Source: a virus (taxonomy: Duplodnaviria > Caudoviricetes). Taken from it: 64,000 nucleotides of DNA. The stretch's first letter is position 1. Each line of letters opens with the position of its first letter. The DNA lies in IMG/VR virus record IMGVR_UViG_3300014205_000003, positions 32,001-96,000 of that record; one strand, 5' to 3'. Of this stretch, positions 8,971 through 18,405 are shown one piece after another. The notes under the pieces are model-generated. The model had not been told where the DNA came from, ran no database searches, and saw only the letters and a program-made list of their open reading frames with translations. A program made the translations under genes and the position numbers.

Positions 8971-11900
8971 ATGCCCGATGATCTCAAAACACCCATCGTT
9001 GAACCAACTCCTAACTACATCAAGTCCTACTTCGAGAAAATGGAGCTCGATCCTGAATCTGTCCAGTCAACACTCGGTCGTCCGCATACTCATGCGACAG
9101 CCGATGCGATCCTCGACGCCACCTCCAAAGTCCTCAAGCTCTCCCGCCGAGAAGTAGATCCAGACGACAGAGACTCTCTGGAGTTTCAAACTGTCCACGA
9201 TGCTTCCGACTTCCTTCCAGACAAAGTACGTATGGACCAAGGTGGAATATTGCGGAAAGCTCTGTGGAAGCTTACAAACAAGAACGGAGACTTCTCTAAG
9301 GTTCCTGCAGGACTCTTGGACAAACACAATGACAACCTGTTCAACGTCAGTGGTTTAAGCCAAGGCATTGAAGAAACGTCAAATTTCGAGATGTATGATC
9401 AGAACACTCGAGTTCATCGAATGGGTGAAGGCGCTCTTCCTAGCATTGATGCCATTCCTTTGGAAGCACGTGCAGTCTCTCCAAGTTACTTAGGTTTAAT
9501 AGATTGCGTCCGCACCCCCGAAAGTTTGAAGGTAGGTGTTGACCTCAAATTTGCGCGTAATGTGAAGAAGGGTCCTAACAACCTCGTCTATACCAAGATG
9601 CTGGATAAAGATGGGAAAGAGGTTTGGGTATCTTCTAGAGATTTACCTCGGTCGATCGTTATGTTTCCAGACTCTGGAGATAAAAACGATAAGTTCGTGC
9701 CTGCTATTGTTAGAGGACGTACTTTGGAGTATGTGGATAGGAAAACTGTAAATTACACGCTTCCTTCTGGAGATGACATGTTCTCAGAGGGCGGTAATCT
9801 TACTCCTAGTGTGTCTGGTGTAAAAGGTATGCGCTTGTTGCTTGCAGGCAAATATCCTGCGGCAGCACTGTCTATTACAGGACGTGAAGCTCCACTAGTA
9901 CAGACAATGTCTTCTGATGGAACTCCTACGTCCGATCGTATAGGAAAACACTTGGGGCCTTCCTATTCGTCTATTGAGGGTACTGTTACTAAGGTTACTC
10001 CTACAGAGATCTGGATCAAAGATGCTAAGGGTAAGATTGAAAAGAAAGATCTGTACAATGATCATCCGTACATGCGTAAATCCTATCTGCACAACACTCC
10101 TGAAGTAGAAGTCGGGCAGATGGTTAAAGCTGGAGACATTCTAGCTTCCAGCAACTTTACAGACTCTAAGGGTAATGCGGCCTTAGGTGCAAACGTACGT
10201 ATGGCTTACATGCCGCACGATGGTTTGACCTTTGAGGATTCCTCAATCATATCAGAGTCTTTGGCTAAGCGCATGACTTCGTTACATATGTACAACGAAG
10301 ATATTGACACAGATGACGCTACTCGCTTGGATAAGAAGACCTTCATGCAGATGTTCCCTGGAAAGTACTCTAAGGAACAACTGGCTAAGCTGGATGCCAA
10401 AGGCATGGTATTGCCGGGAGTAGTCCTCAATAGTGGCGATCCTATGTTCTTAGGAATTAAGGAAACTCCTCCGGGTCCTGGTAATATGGGACGTGGCTCT
10501 GTTCGACAGGTTGTCAAGAACTGGGAATACGACACTCCCGGAACTGTTGCGTACGCAGCTAAGACTAAGGGAGGCTTTACTGCCTTTGTAAAGACTCAGG
10601 AACCTTTTCAAGAGGGTGGAAAGATTGCTACTCCATATGGAAGCAAGTCAGTAGTTGCTAGAATCTATCCCGACGATCAGATGCCTAGGGACAATCAAGG
10701 ACGTCCTGTAGAGTGGATCATGAGTCCTTTTGGCGTTCAAAGCAGAACGAATCCAGCACTTATTCCTGCAGGAGCTTTAGGTAAGATTGCTGCCAAGACA
10801 GGTATTCCTTACAACCTTAGAGGCTTCAATCCCGGCGAGGTTAAGAAATTTGCAGACGAAGAGCTTGCTAAACATAACATGACCGATAAAGAAGACGTGT
10901 ACGATCCTGTGCGCAAAGTAACAATTCCAGGCATCTATGTTGGAAACGTTTACGCCTACAAGATGCAGCAAACTGCTGAGAATAAAGGACATGCACGTTC
11001 TGTAGGTACGTATAGTGCTGAGGATGTGCCCCTTAAGGGTGGTTCTAGCGGAAGTAAGCATGTGGGCGACATGGAGTGGTTTGGTTTACTTTCTCACAAT
11101 GCAATTGCGAATATCTATGATATGAAGCAAGTTAAAGGTCGTCGCAATGATGACTACTGGCGTCAGGTTAAGCTTGGACAGACTCCTAGTGTTCCCGGAA
11201 CTCCTGTAGTCTATTCCAAGTTCAAAGACTTGCTCAAAGCTGCTGGTGTAAATCTGTCGGAAGGTAAGGACACCACGTCTATCTTTGGTATGACTAACGC
11301 ACAAGCGGAGAAGTTGACAGGTAATCGAGAACTTGACTCTGCTTCTACCTTCAACGCGAATACCTTCAAGCCAATTCCTGGAGGTCTCTTCGATTCTGAT
11401 AAGACAGGTTCGTTGGGGGATGGTAGAGGCTGGAGCTACTACAGTCTTCCAGAACCTTTGCCCAATCCTGTAATGGAAGAGCCTATTCGAGCTTTGCTTG
11501 GAGTTACTAAGAAAGACTTCGACAAAGTGATCTCTGGAGAACTTCCTCTCAACGGTAAGTATGGTGGACAGGCTATTACAGAATACCTGAAGCGTGTCAA
11601 TCTGGATGATGTGATGAACACAGCTTCAGAGACCATTCGCAGTGGCAGTAAGTCTAAGCGAGATGCCGCTGTTAAGGTTTATGGCTACGCCAGTGCCATG
11701 AAGAAGCAGGGTGTACGCCCTGAAGAGTTCATGATGACTCGTGTACCTGTCCTGCCTCCTGCTTGGCGTCCTATTACTGCTAGTGGAGCTCGTACGATGG
11801 TTGCTGATCAGAACTATACGTATCGAGCATTGTTCGACAGTATTCAGGACTACAAGGATTCCATGAGTCTTCCTGAGGATCTTCGACAGACAGCTCGACA

Positions 11901-12663
11901 GAACATGTACAACAGCTACAGAAGTCTCGTAGGCACTACTGATCCTACACAGGAGAAGCTGGTACAGAAGAACGTTGGCGGTTTGCTGGACAGTCTGCTT
12001 GGCAAATCCTCGCCAAAACTGGGATTCTTTCAAAGGCGTGTAATTGGTTCTAACATTGACATGGGTGGTTTAGGGGTTGTTACCTTGAACTCCTCTCTCA
12101 AATTGAACGAAATAGGTTTACCAGAAGCGACTGTCTGGGACTTGTACAGTCCTTTCATTGTTCGTAAGCTTGTTCAGCAGGGTATGCCAGCTATGCAGGC
12201 AGCTGAAGCAATCAAGAGTAAGACAGAACAAGCAGGTAAAGCTCTACAGGGTATTATGAAAGAGCGACCTGTACTGATGAATCGTGCGCCTACCAACCAC
12301 AAGTACAGCATTATGGCTGTGTGGCCTAGAATGACTAAGGGACATTCTGTACAGGTTAATCCTACCCTTATGGGTCCCTACACAATGGACCTGGACGGCG
12401 ACGTTGCAAGTTATTCTGTTCCAGTGAGTAATAACGCTGTCAAGGAAGCAATTGCGCGTATGCTTCCTGAGAAGAATCTGCTGTCTGTTTCAAATGACAA
12501 GCCGATGTATGTTCCGAGTCAGGAGTTTGCTATGGGTGGCTGGACGATGTCCAAGGAGCCTAACAGGGACAAGCCTGTACGTTTCAACACTTGGCAGGAT
12601 GCTGTGAAGGCTTACAAGACTGGGCAGATTAAGGTAGATACTCCTGTAATTGTAGGACGTTGA
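8971..12663 (+). CDS. rpoB-rpoC: RNA polymerase fusion: beta (middle and C-terminus) joined to beta' N-terminal part carrying the catalytic DxDGD
   Basis: beta motifs RTPES, AYMPHDGLTFEDS, GGKIATPYGSK, SPFGVQSRTN, HARSVG, VGDME; then beta' motifs TFKPIPGGLF, VPVLPPAWRP, PVLMNRAPT, YTMDLDGD, PSQEFAMG. Confidence 0.95.
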   Translation: MPDDLKTPIVEPTPNYIKSYFEKMELDPESVQSTLGRPHTHATADAILDATSKVLKLSRREVDPDDRDSLEFQTVHDASDFLPDKVRMDQGGILRKALWKLTNKNGDFSKVPAGLLDKHNDNLFNVSGLSQGIEETSNFEMYDQNTRVHRMGEGALPSIDAIPLEARAVSPSYLGLIDCVRTPESLKVGVDLKFARNVKKGPNNLVYTKMLDKDGKEVWVSSRDLPRSIVMFPDSGDKNDKFVPAIVRGRTLEYVDRKTVNYTLPSGDDMFSEGGNLTPSVSGVKGMRLLLAGKYPAAALSITGREAPLVQTMSSDGTPTSDRIGKHLGPSYSSIEGTVTKVTPTEIWIKDAKGKIEKKDLYNDHPYMRKSYLHNTPEVEVGQMVKAGDILASSNFTDSKGNAALGANVRMAYMPHDGLTFEDSSIISESLAKRMTSLHMYNEDIDTDDATRLDKKTFMQMFPGKYSKEQLAKLDAKGMVLPGVVLNSGDPMFLGIKETPPGPGNMGRGSVRQVVKNWEYDTPGTVAYAAKTKGGFTAFVKTQEPFQEGGKIATPYGSKSVVARIYPDDQMPRDNQGRPVEWIMSPFGVQSRTNPALIPAGALGKIAAKTGIPYNLRGFNPGEVKKFADEELAKHNMTDKEDVYDPVRKVTIPGIYVGNVYAYKMQQTAENKGHARSVGTYSAEDVPLKGGSSGSKHVGDMEWFGLLSHNAIANIYDMKQVKGRRNDDYWRQVKLGQTPSVPGTPVVYSKFKDLLKAAGVNLSEGKDTTSIFGMTNAQAEKLTGNRELDSASTFNANTFKPIPGGLFDSDKTGSLGDGRGWSYYSLPEPLPNPVMEEPIRALLGVTKKDFDKVISGELPLNGKYGGQAITEYLKRVNLDDVMNTASETIRSGSKSKRDAAVKVYGYASAMKKQGVRPEEFMMTRVPVLPPAWRPITASGARTMVADQNYTYRALFDSIQDYKDSMSLPEDLRQTARQNMYNSYRSLVGTTDPTQEKLVQKNVGGLLDSLLGKSSPKLGFFQRRVIGSNIDMGGLGVVTLNSSLKLNEIGLPEATVWDLYSPFIVRKLVQQGMPAMQAAEAIKSKTEQAGKALQGIMKERPVLMNRAPTNHKYSIMAVWPRMTKGHSVQVNPTLMGPYTMDLDGDVASYSVPVSNNAVKEAIARMLPEKNLLSVSNDKPMYVPSQEFAMGGWTMSKEPNRDKPVRFNTWQDAVKAYKTGQIKVDTPVIVGR

Positions 12664-12684
12664 TAATCTCTTATGAGGTTGTCG

Positions 12685-12789
12685 ATGACTTCATTTGATA
12701 TTCCTAGATCTGTTCAGCATGATACGTATTCCTGTGGAGCTCATGCTGTAAGAAGTCTGTTGTGGTACTTCAAGCGTCCTGTTCATTAG
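12685..12789 (+). pseudogene. C39-like peptidase, N-terminal fragment interrupted by the TnpB element
   Basis: Hand translation MTSFDIPRSVQHDTYSCGAHAVRSLLWYFKRPVH*, with the Q-x5-CG catalytic motif. Confidence 0.65.
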
Positions 12790-12821
12790 TTGTCGAAATA
12801 GTTAATAAGCTGTAAGAAGCA

Positions 12822-12850
12822 TTGACAACTTTGACTTGGTGGTCTATATT
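12822..12850 (+). promoter_or_regulatory. Sigma70-type promoter of tnpB (probably leaderless transcript)
   Basis: TTGACA (12822-27), 17 nt, TATATT (12845-50); ATG at 12857. Confidence 0.75.
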
Positions 12851-12856
12851 AAGATT

Positions 12857-13900
12857 ATGATCAGAACCGTAAATATAGACCTAAATCATCTGACGCAACA
12901 TAAGCGGTCTAGCATTGCTGCGTTACTTACTGCATATAGAAGTGCTGTAAACTTCTACTGCAAAAGCCTATGGAACACTCCAGGGAAACTAGATGCAGTT
13001 ACAGAGAAACGTCTTGTAAACTCTCGTCTGACTGCCCGATATCGTTGCACTGCTCTCAAGACAGCTCTCGCAATTGTTATTACAACCCGCAGAGCTCTGA
13101 AGGTAACTAAGAAGTACGGATCAATTCCAGTTCTTACAGGTATGGTTTCTCTGGATCAGAAGTTCGTTACAGTTGAAAAAGGTAAGCAAAGCTTCGACTA
13201 CGTACTCAAACTCTCCTCGCTGTCTTCTGGAAACCGGATCACAATTCCTTTCAACTCTCACAAGAGACTTCAGTATTGGCTATCGAAGCCAGGAGCGGTC
13301 CTGAAACAAGCTTGTCAGATCTCTGAAGACAGGATGAAACTCTATGTAGAGTTTCCAGACGAAGCTCCTCGCACAACAGGACGTGTCCTAGGTGTAGACG
13401 TCGGAATAAACAAACTGCTGACTACTTCGGACAATGTCTTCTTAGGAACAACTTGGAAAGCTCTGTCTCTGAAGATCAGACGCTGCAAAGTTGGAAGTGC
13501 TGGAAGACAACGAGCATACAGAGAACGTGATCAGTTTATTAATCGTACTGTCAATCTTCTTCCTTGGTCAGAACTTCGAGCAATCGGAATTGAAGACCTC
13601 AAAGGTATGAAGACAGGTAAAAGTAAGAATCGAGGAAAAGCATTTCGTAAAGCACTGGCACCATGGCTGTACCGTCGACTGCTCAACCGCATAGAGGTTA
13701 AAGCAGAGGAGAACCGTGTTCGTCCTCTGCGTGTACCTGCGGCCAATAGTTCACGGGAATGTCCACGTTGTGGAATGGTGTCGAAGCTGAATCGCACAGG
13801 AGAGAACTTTGTTTGTATTCGTTGCGGCCACGCTGCGGATGCCGACTACGTCGGAGCAAGCAATGTTCTCGCTCGTACTATGCAGATCCTAGGGAGCTAG
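12857..13900 (+). CDS. tnpB: TnpB/Cas12f-like RNA-guided endonuclease (copy 1)
   Basis: RuvC residues in GVDVG, IEDL and DADY; CxxC...CxxC Zn finger; 3' hairpin ctagggagctagagtcccctag. Confidence 0.9.
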   Translation: MIRTVNIDLNHLTQHKRSSIAALLTAYRSAVNFYCKSLWNTPGKLDAVTEKRLVNSRLTARYRCTALKTALAIVITTRRALKVTKKYGSIPVLTGMVSLDQKFVTVEKGKQSFDYVLKLSSLSSGNRITIPFNSHKRLQYWLSKPGAVLKQACQISEDRMKLYVEFPDEAPRTTGRVLGVDVGINKLLTTSDNVFLGTTWKALSLKIRRCKVGSAGRQRAYRERDQFINRTVNLLPWSELRAIGIEDLKGMKTGKSKNRGKAFRKALAPWLYRRLLNRIEVKAEENRVRPLRVPAANSSRECPRCGMVSKLNRTGENFVCIRCGHAADADYVGASNVLARTMQILGS

Positions 13901-13949
13901 AGTCCCCTAGTGCCAAAAGCTGGAATTGTTAGCGCAAGTTAACTATTAC

Positions 13950-14227
13950 GGTAACTCTCTCCCAAGCCCTCTGAATGTCTAGACTACTCCTAAGAACAAT
14001 TCCTGTATGCTTCAAACCACTTGCTGTAAGTGCTCTAAGCAGACACACCCACCTTATCCTTCTTCCGTCGTGCAACATAGCTTCTTCATAGCCCTCCAAT
14101 ATGGTAATAGGACGCTAAATTAGTCTATGTTGTTGATTCAAGCAATGGCAGGGATACAGAGTTCAGTCACTTAGAGTGGTTTCGGTACGAATACGATCAC
14201 ATACGAGTGTTTGCGATAAAGAATTAA
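13950..14227. pseudogene. Remainder of the C39 peptidase: middle part inverted (- strand), C-terminus on + strand
   Basis: Minus strand 14104->13950 reads PYWRAMKKLCCTTEEG then (frameshift) LLRALTASGLKH; plus strand reads DAKLVYVVDSSNG...IKN*. Confidence 0.55.
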
Positions 14228-14229
14228 CT

Positions 14230-15156
14230 ATGACCGAAGCAGACCTTCAAAAACTTGCGGCAATCTCTTGGGGAAAACTTCTGCACGAAGGTTCAGAAGG
14301 GCAGAATGCTTCTAGAGATGCTATCGCAAAACTCTTGCAGATCATGCGCAAGCATACGCCTACAACTTTTCTTCCTCACAAATATCGCTTGCCTAATCTG
14401 TTTAACAAAGCTCCTGACTTCTTCTTTCCTGGTTGGTCAGAGCGAAAAGTTCTAGAGCATCCTGTAACGCAGAAAGTCCTTCAAGCGACTGTAGGTAAAG
14501 TTCCAGGTATGTCCTTGCCTATCTCTAATCTGCCAAACAGGCTTGAGCAGGTTTCTGGACTACTGTCAGATGCCGCTAAGCAGTATACGGCTCCTCTCAG
14601 TAGAGGTGTTAACAAAGCTGTATCTCTTCTTCCTCGTAAGACTCAAAAGATTACACCTCTCAAGGTGGACGATTTGAAGATTACCGACGATGTATCGAAG
14701 CTGGACAAGACAGGTTCAGACGCTTGCAGTCTGTTGCTTCAGAAGCTCGCAGAGAAAAACGATGAGTGGACTGCAGGCGATGTAGCTCTAACAGGCGCGG
14801 CTGGAAGTCTAGCCGCTCCTATCTATGCAGGGTCTGAATATGCTACAATGAAGCACTTGGCCAAGAAGCAACCTGTTGCTCAGGGTTTGATGAATCCTAA
14901 CAAGTGGGCACATGTAATTGCTAAGTTGATCAAAGCCCAGAAAGATGTTGAAGTTTCTGACAAGACACGTGCAACGTATATAAAACAGTGGAACAATGCG
15001 GCTAAGAGTACTTGGAGAAATGGTAGAGACGTTATGCTTACTGCAGAAGGTGTAAATCCTAAGCTGGTTAAAGGCGGTAAGTACAGTTTGATGATTCTTC
15101 CTGCAGTACTTACTGCTTTAGCCATTCAGAGTAAGCATAATGACAAGTTAAGTTAA
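14230..15156 (+). CDS. Hypothetical putative virion protein (KxA motifs, hydrophobic segments)
   Basis: ATG at 14230: MTEADLQKLAA; C-terminal hydrophobic helix. Confidence 0.75.
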   Translation: MTEADLQKLAAISWGKLLHEGSEGQNASRDAIAKLLQIMRKHTPTTFLPHKYRLPNLFNKAPDFFFPGWSERKVLEHPVTQKVLQATVGKVPGMSLPISNLPNRLEQVSGLLSDAAKQYTAPLSRGVNKAVSLLPRKTQKITPLKVDDLKITDDVSKLDKTGSDACSLLLQKLAEKNDEWTAGDVALTGAAGSLAAPIYAGSEYATMKHLAKKQPVAQGLMNPNKWAHVIAKLIKAQKDVEVSDKTRATYIKQWNNAAKSTWRNGRDVMLTAEGVNPKLVKGGKYSLMILPAVLTALAIQSKHNDKLS

Positions 15157-15179
15157 TAAGTAGAACAAAGGAAACGCAC

Positions 15180-15857
15180 ATGTCAGTTCACACGCAACGT
15201 CTTATCCAGCTTCTGCAAAAAGAAGGCTTCGTTCCTCCGACTCCTCCCCCGCAGGGTATGCCTCCTGGCGCTCCTCCTGCTGATCCGAATGCTGGAATGC
15301 CTCCCCAAGGTGATCCTGCTGCCGCTGGTGCACCTGTTGATCCCGCGACAGGTATGCCAATGGACCCTGCAATGGCTCAGCAGATGCCAGCAGATCCTGC
15401 CGCAATGCCTCCTCCGGGTGATCCTGCAGCTATGGGTGGTGCACCTGTTGATCCTGCTACAGGTATGCCGATGGACCCTAACGCTATGCCTGCTGATCCC
15501 AATGCTCAGCCGCCAGTTCCTACTCTTGCAGAGATTCCTGTGGATCAGTTCATGGCGATGATGCAGGACATGATGACTGCTGGTAAAGCTCCTGAGGGTC
15601 CTGCGGATGACGGCAAGAAAGAATCTGTTGCCGATCTGAGCAAGCGCATGGAGAATCTTGAAGGTATGCTGAGTCAGCTCCTGCAGGCTTCGGGTATGAT
15701 GCCTCCTGAGCAGGGCGCGGCTCCTATGGCTCCTCCGATGCCTCCTCCTGACGCTACGCAGAAGACTGCCGCTCTTGCTGAGTTGAAGAACAAGAACGCT
15801 GTCAAGAACGCAACTCTGGCAGGCAAGCTTCGTAAACTCGGTGGCGTGGTTCGCTAA
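15180..15857 (+). CDS. Pro/Met/Ala-rich low-complexity protein
   Basis: GAPVDPATGMPMDP repeated twice; AAAGGA RBS; QKTAA. Confidence 0.8.
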   Translation: MSVHTQRLIQLLQKEGFVPPTPPPQGMPPGAPPADPNAGMPPQGDPAAAGAPVDPATGMPMDPAMAQQMPADPAAMPPPGDPAAMGGAPVDPATGMPMDPNAMPADPNAQPPVPTLAEIPVDQFMAMMQDMMTAGKAPEGPADDGKKESVADLSKRMENLEGMLSQLLQASGMMPPEQGAAPMAPPMPPPDATQKTAALAELKNKNAVKNATLAGKLRKLGGVVR

Positions 15858-15879
15858 AAAGTGCACATCTGTGCGTTTT
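15857..15879. repeat. Dispersed palindrome copy
   Basis: Identical to the 5586 copy, including the downstream ctggag. Confidence 0.85.
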
Positions 15880-15892
15880 CTGGAGATTGTAG

Positions 15893-16570
15893 ATGCCTGA
15901 TCAAGATCATCAGAGTCGTGTTGAGCGCATGAAAAACTCTTTGAAGAGTCTGGCTACTCAAGCTGGAAACACTCTCAAAGAACATCCAGAATACGTTACA
16001 GCGCCTGCTGGAGCTCTTGCCGGGGGTTACTTAGCTAACAAGGCTACAGGTAATCCTTTGATGACTGCTGGAAGTGCCGCTGGTGGTGCAGGACTGGCTT
16101 ATGCTCTAACAGACGTCTTGAAACATCAGACTCCTGGAGTACTTGCTAAAGACTTGAAGCCTGAGAGTACTTCTAATGCTGTCGAGGACTTTGCAGAGTC
16201 TCCAATAATGACGACTGTTGGAACAGCGGCATCTGCTCTACCTTCTGCGGCTCTTACAGGAGCTCAACTTACAGGTCTGTCTGCTATTCCTGGATATGGT
16301 CTCTATCGGCTTAAAGAACTTCTCAGACGTAAGGGTGTTTTTGACAAAGTAGTAGATGAAACAGGTAAAGCAAAGAAACCCACAGGTGTTTTAGGTGGGA
16401 TTAAAGGCTTCGTTACAGGCAATGAACACATTTGGAACCCTATTCAGGCTAGTGGGATAAACCCTATTGCTCAGAAAGCTCACAGAGTTGTTAAAGCTTC
16501 TGCAATTCCTGAAGGCGTTAAGAAGGTCTTGCGTGCGGTCATAGGTTCTGGTATCATTAAGGCTAAATAA
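15893..16570 (+). CDS. Glycine-zipper-containing hypothetical protein
   Basis: APAGALAGGYLA and AGSAAGGAGLAYAL; GGAG RBS. Confidence 0.75.
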   Translation: MPDQDHQSRVERMKNSLKSLATQAGNTLKEHPEYVTAPAGALAGGYLANKATGNPLMTAGSAAGGAGLAYALTDVLKHQTPGVLAKDLKPESTSNAVEDFAESPIMTTVGTAASALPSAALTGAQLTGLSAIPGYGLYRLKELLRRKGVFDKVVDETGKAKKPTGVLGGIKGFVTGNEHIWNPIQASGINPIAQKAHRVVKASAIPEGVKKVLRAVIGSGIIKAK

Positions 16571-16572
16571 GC

Positions 16573-18405
16573 ATGCCTGCTCAAACAGTAGGTCAGTACC
16601 TAATTCAGAATATCCTTCCAGCAGACGTCTACGACGGCTCTCCGCTGGACAAAAAGGGTATTGCTAAAGTCTTCTCCCAGTTGGCTGAAAAGTATCCAGA
16701 CAAGTACGTAGATATTCTGGATGACTACAACCAAGCTGCTGGAGACGCTGTAGCACGTTATGGTGGCGTTGCTTCTATTGGTCTCTCAGACTTAGACATT
16801 CCAGAACCTGTTAAGATTCATCGTGATGCTCTCCGTCTGAAAGTCAAAGCTATTCAGCAGAGTCCTACGCTTACAGGTAAACAGAAGAATGACGCTGTAG
16901 TCAAGTTGATGCTCTCAGAAGCAGACAACATTCGCAAGATGACTACAGAAGAGTCCATGAAAAATGGCTCACACTTCGGTCTTTCAGCTTCCAAAGGCTT
17001 CAGAGGAAATCCGTTGCAGACTACGCAGATGATTTATGGAGATCTTCTCGTAGCCGACCATAAAGATCGGCCAATCCCTGTTGCAGGTCTGCATGGTTAT
17101 GGCGAAGGTGTAACCCCTGCTGAGTACTTCGCAGGCTCGTATGGTGCTCGTAAAGGACAGGTCTCAGTACAGATTGCTACTGCTAAGTCTGGATTCTTAG
17201 GTAAAGAAATATCCTACGCAGCCCAACGTCAAGTAATTACCGGAGACGACTGCGGAGCTAAGAATGTAGGCATAACAGTCAATGGAGATAATCCTGAGAT
17301 CATAGGAAGTGTTCTAGCCAAGACTACAAAAGGTATCCCCGCAGGAACAGTTATTACCAAGAACAATCTTCCAGACCTTGAAGGTACTAAAGTTCGTATC
17401 CGTTCTCTCAGTACTTGTCAGATGCCTAACGGAGTTTGTAAGATGTGCGCAGGCAAGAGAGAACAGGGAAAGTTCCCCGACACAGGGTCTTACGTTGGAA
17501 TCACGTCTGCCAGAAGTTTGTCAGAACCCTTTACGCAATCGGCACTTAGTTACAAGCATACTGGAGGAGTTGCAAAGGGTAAAATTGATCGTGGTCTTCA
17601 AGGCTTTGCAGAGGTTGAGCAGTTCTTCAATGCTCCTGAGAACTTCAAAGGTGTTGCTCTGCAGTCTACCAAGGATGGGATTGTTCAGAACATCATCAAA
17701 GCTCCTCAAGGGGGCTCGTACGTATTCATTGACGGTCAGAAGCACTACGCTGATCCTGACATGACATTGACAGTTAAGAAAGGTGATTCTGTAGAAGCTG
17801 GAGATGTTCTTTCCGATGGAACTCCTCATCCAGGCCTTGTAGCTCACTATAAGGGATTGGGAGCTGGACGCGCTTATTTCATTGATAAGCTTGGCCAGAT
17901 CTTAGAGAAGAATGGTATTCCTGGGCACATGAGACACGTCGATTCTATGGCTAAAGCCTTCTACGACAGAGTACGTATAACTAATCCAGAAGGCTTCATG
18001 GGATACAACCCTGACGACGTTGTTCCCTATACAGAGATCCAAAAGGATTATAGCCCACGGAAAGGTACTATCTCTGTTGCTCCTAAACAAGCTGTCAATC
18101 AATACTTAGAACGTCCTGTTCTGCACTACACCATTGGAACACGTGTTACTCCCAATGTGATCAAAGAGATGAACGAAGAAGGTGTTCCTGCAATTGAAGT
18201 CCATAAAGACCTTCCAGACTTCGAACCTGAAGTCTCAAGGATTATGGATATCCAAGCATCTGATCCAGATTGGCAGACACAGCTTGCGGGCTTCAATCTA
18301 AGGAAGAGTTTGCTGAAGTCTGTTACACACGGCTCCACAAGTACTACAGCTGGTACTTCCTATGTTCCCAAGTTAGTCAATAGTACGGTTCTGCAAAATG
18401 CTTAA
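16573..18405 (+). CDS. rpoC: RNA polymerase beta' C-terminal piece (RpoC2-like)
   Basis: Bridge helix EYFAGSYGARKG..TAKSGFL, DDCG, RSLSTC..VCKMCAG Zn site, trigger loop SLSEPFTQSALSYKHTGG. Confidence 0.95.
   Translation: MPAQTVGQYLIQNILPADVYDGSPLDKKGIAKVFSQLAEKYPDKYVDILDDYNQAAGDAVARYGGVASIGLSDLDIPEPVKIHRDALRLKVKAIQQSPTLTGKQKNDAVVKLMLSEADNIRKMTTEESMKNGSHFGLSASKGFRGNPLQTTQMIYGDLLVADHKDRPIPVAGLHGYGEGVTPAEYFAGSYGARKGQVSVQIATAKSGFLGKEISYAAQRQVITGDDCGAKNVGITVNGDNPEIIGSVLAKTTKGIPAGTVITKNNLPDLEGTKVRIRSLSTCQMPNGVCKMCAGKREQGKFPDTGSYVGITSARSLSEPFTQSALSYKHTGGVAKGKIDRGLQGFAEVEQFFNAPENFKGVALQSTKDGIVQNIIKAPQGGSYVFIDGQKHYADPDMTLTVKKGDSVEAGDVLSDGTPHPGLVAHYKGLGAGRAYFIDKLGQILEKNGIPGHMRHVDSMAKAFYDRVRITNPEGFMGYNPDDVVPYTEIQKDYSPRKGTISVAPKQAVNQYLERPVLHYTIGTRVTPNVIKEMNEEGVPAIEVHKDLPDFEPEVSRIMDIQASDPDWQTQLAGFNLRKSLLKSVTHGSTSTTAGTSYVPKLVNSTVLQNA

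Larger units (their letters stand above)
12785..13949 (+). mobile_element. Transposase-less TnpB insertion element
   Basis: Interrupts the C39 peptidase frame; 9-bp inverted repeat aatagttaa (12797-805) / ttaactatt (13939-47) near the ends; exact boundaries inferred. Confidence 0.55.

Noticed and set aside
12661-12673. Possible target of the TnpB copy 3 guide (gagattatc complement)
   Set aside because: Only about 9 contiguous nt match, which is expected by chance
8971-18405. Inteins or introns explaining the RNAP split
   Set aside because: No intein N/C-terminal motifs or LAGLIDADG blocks at the junctions; conserved RNAP motifs are collinear
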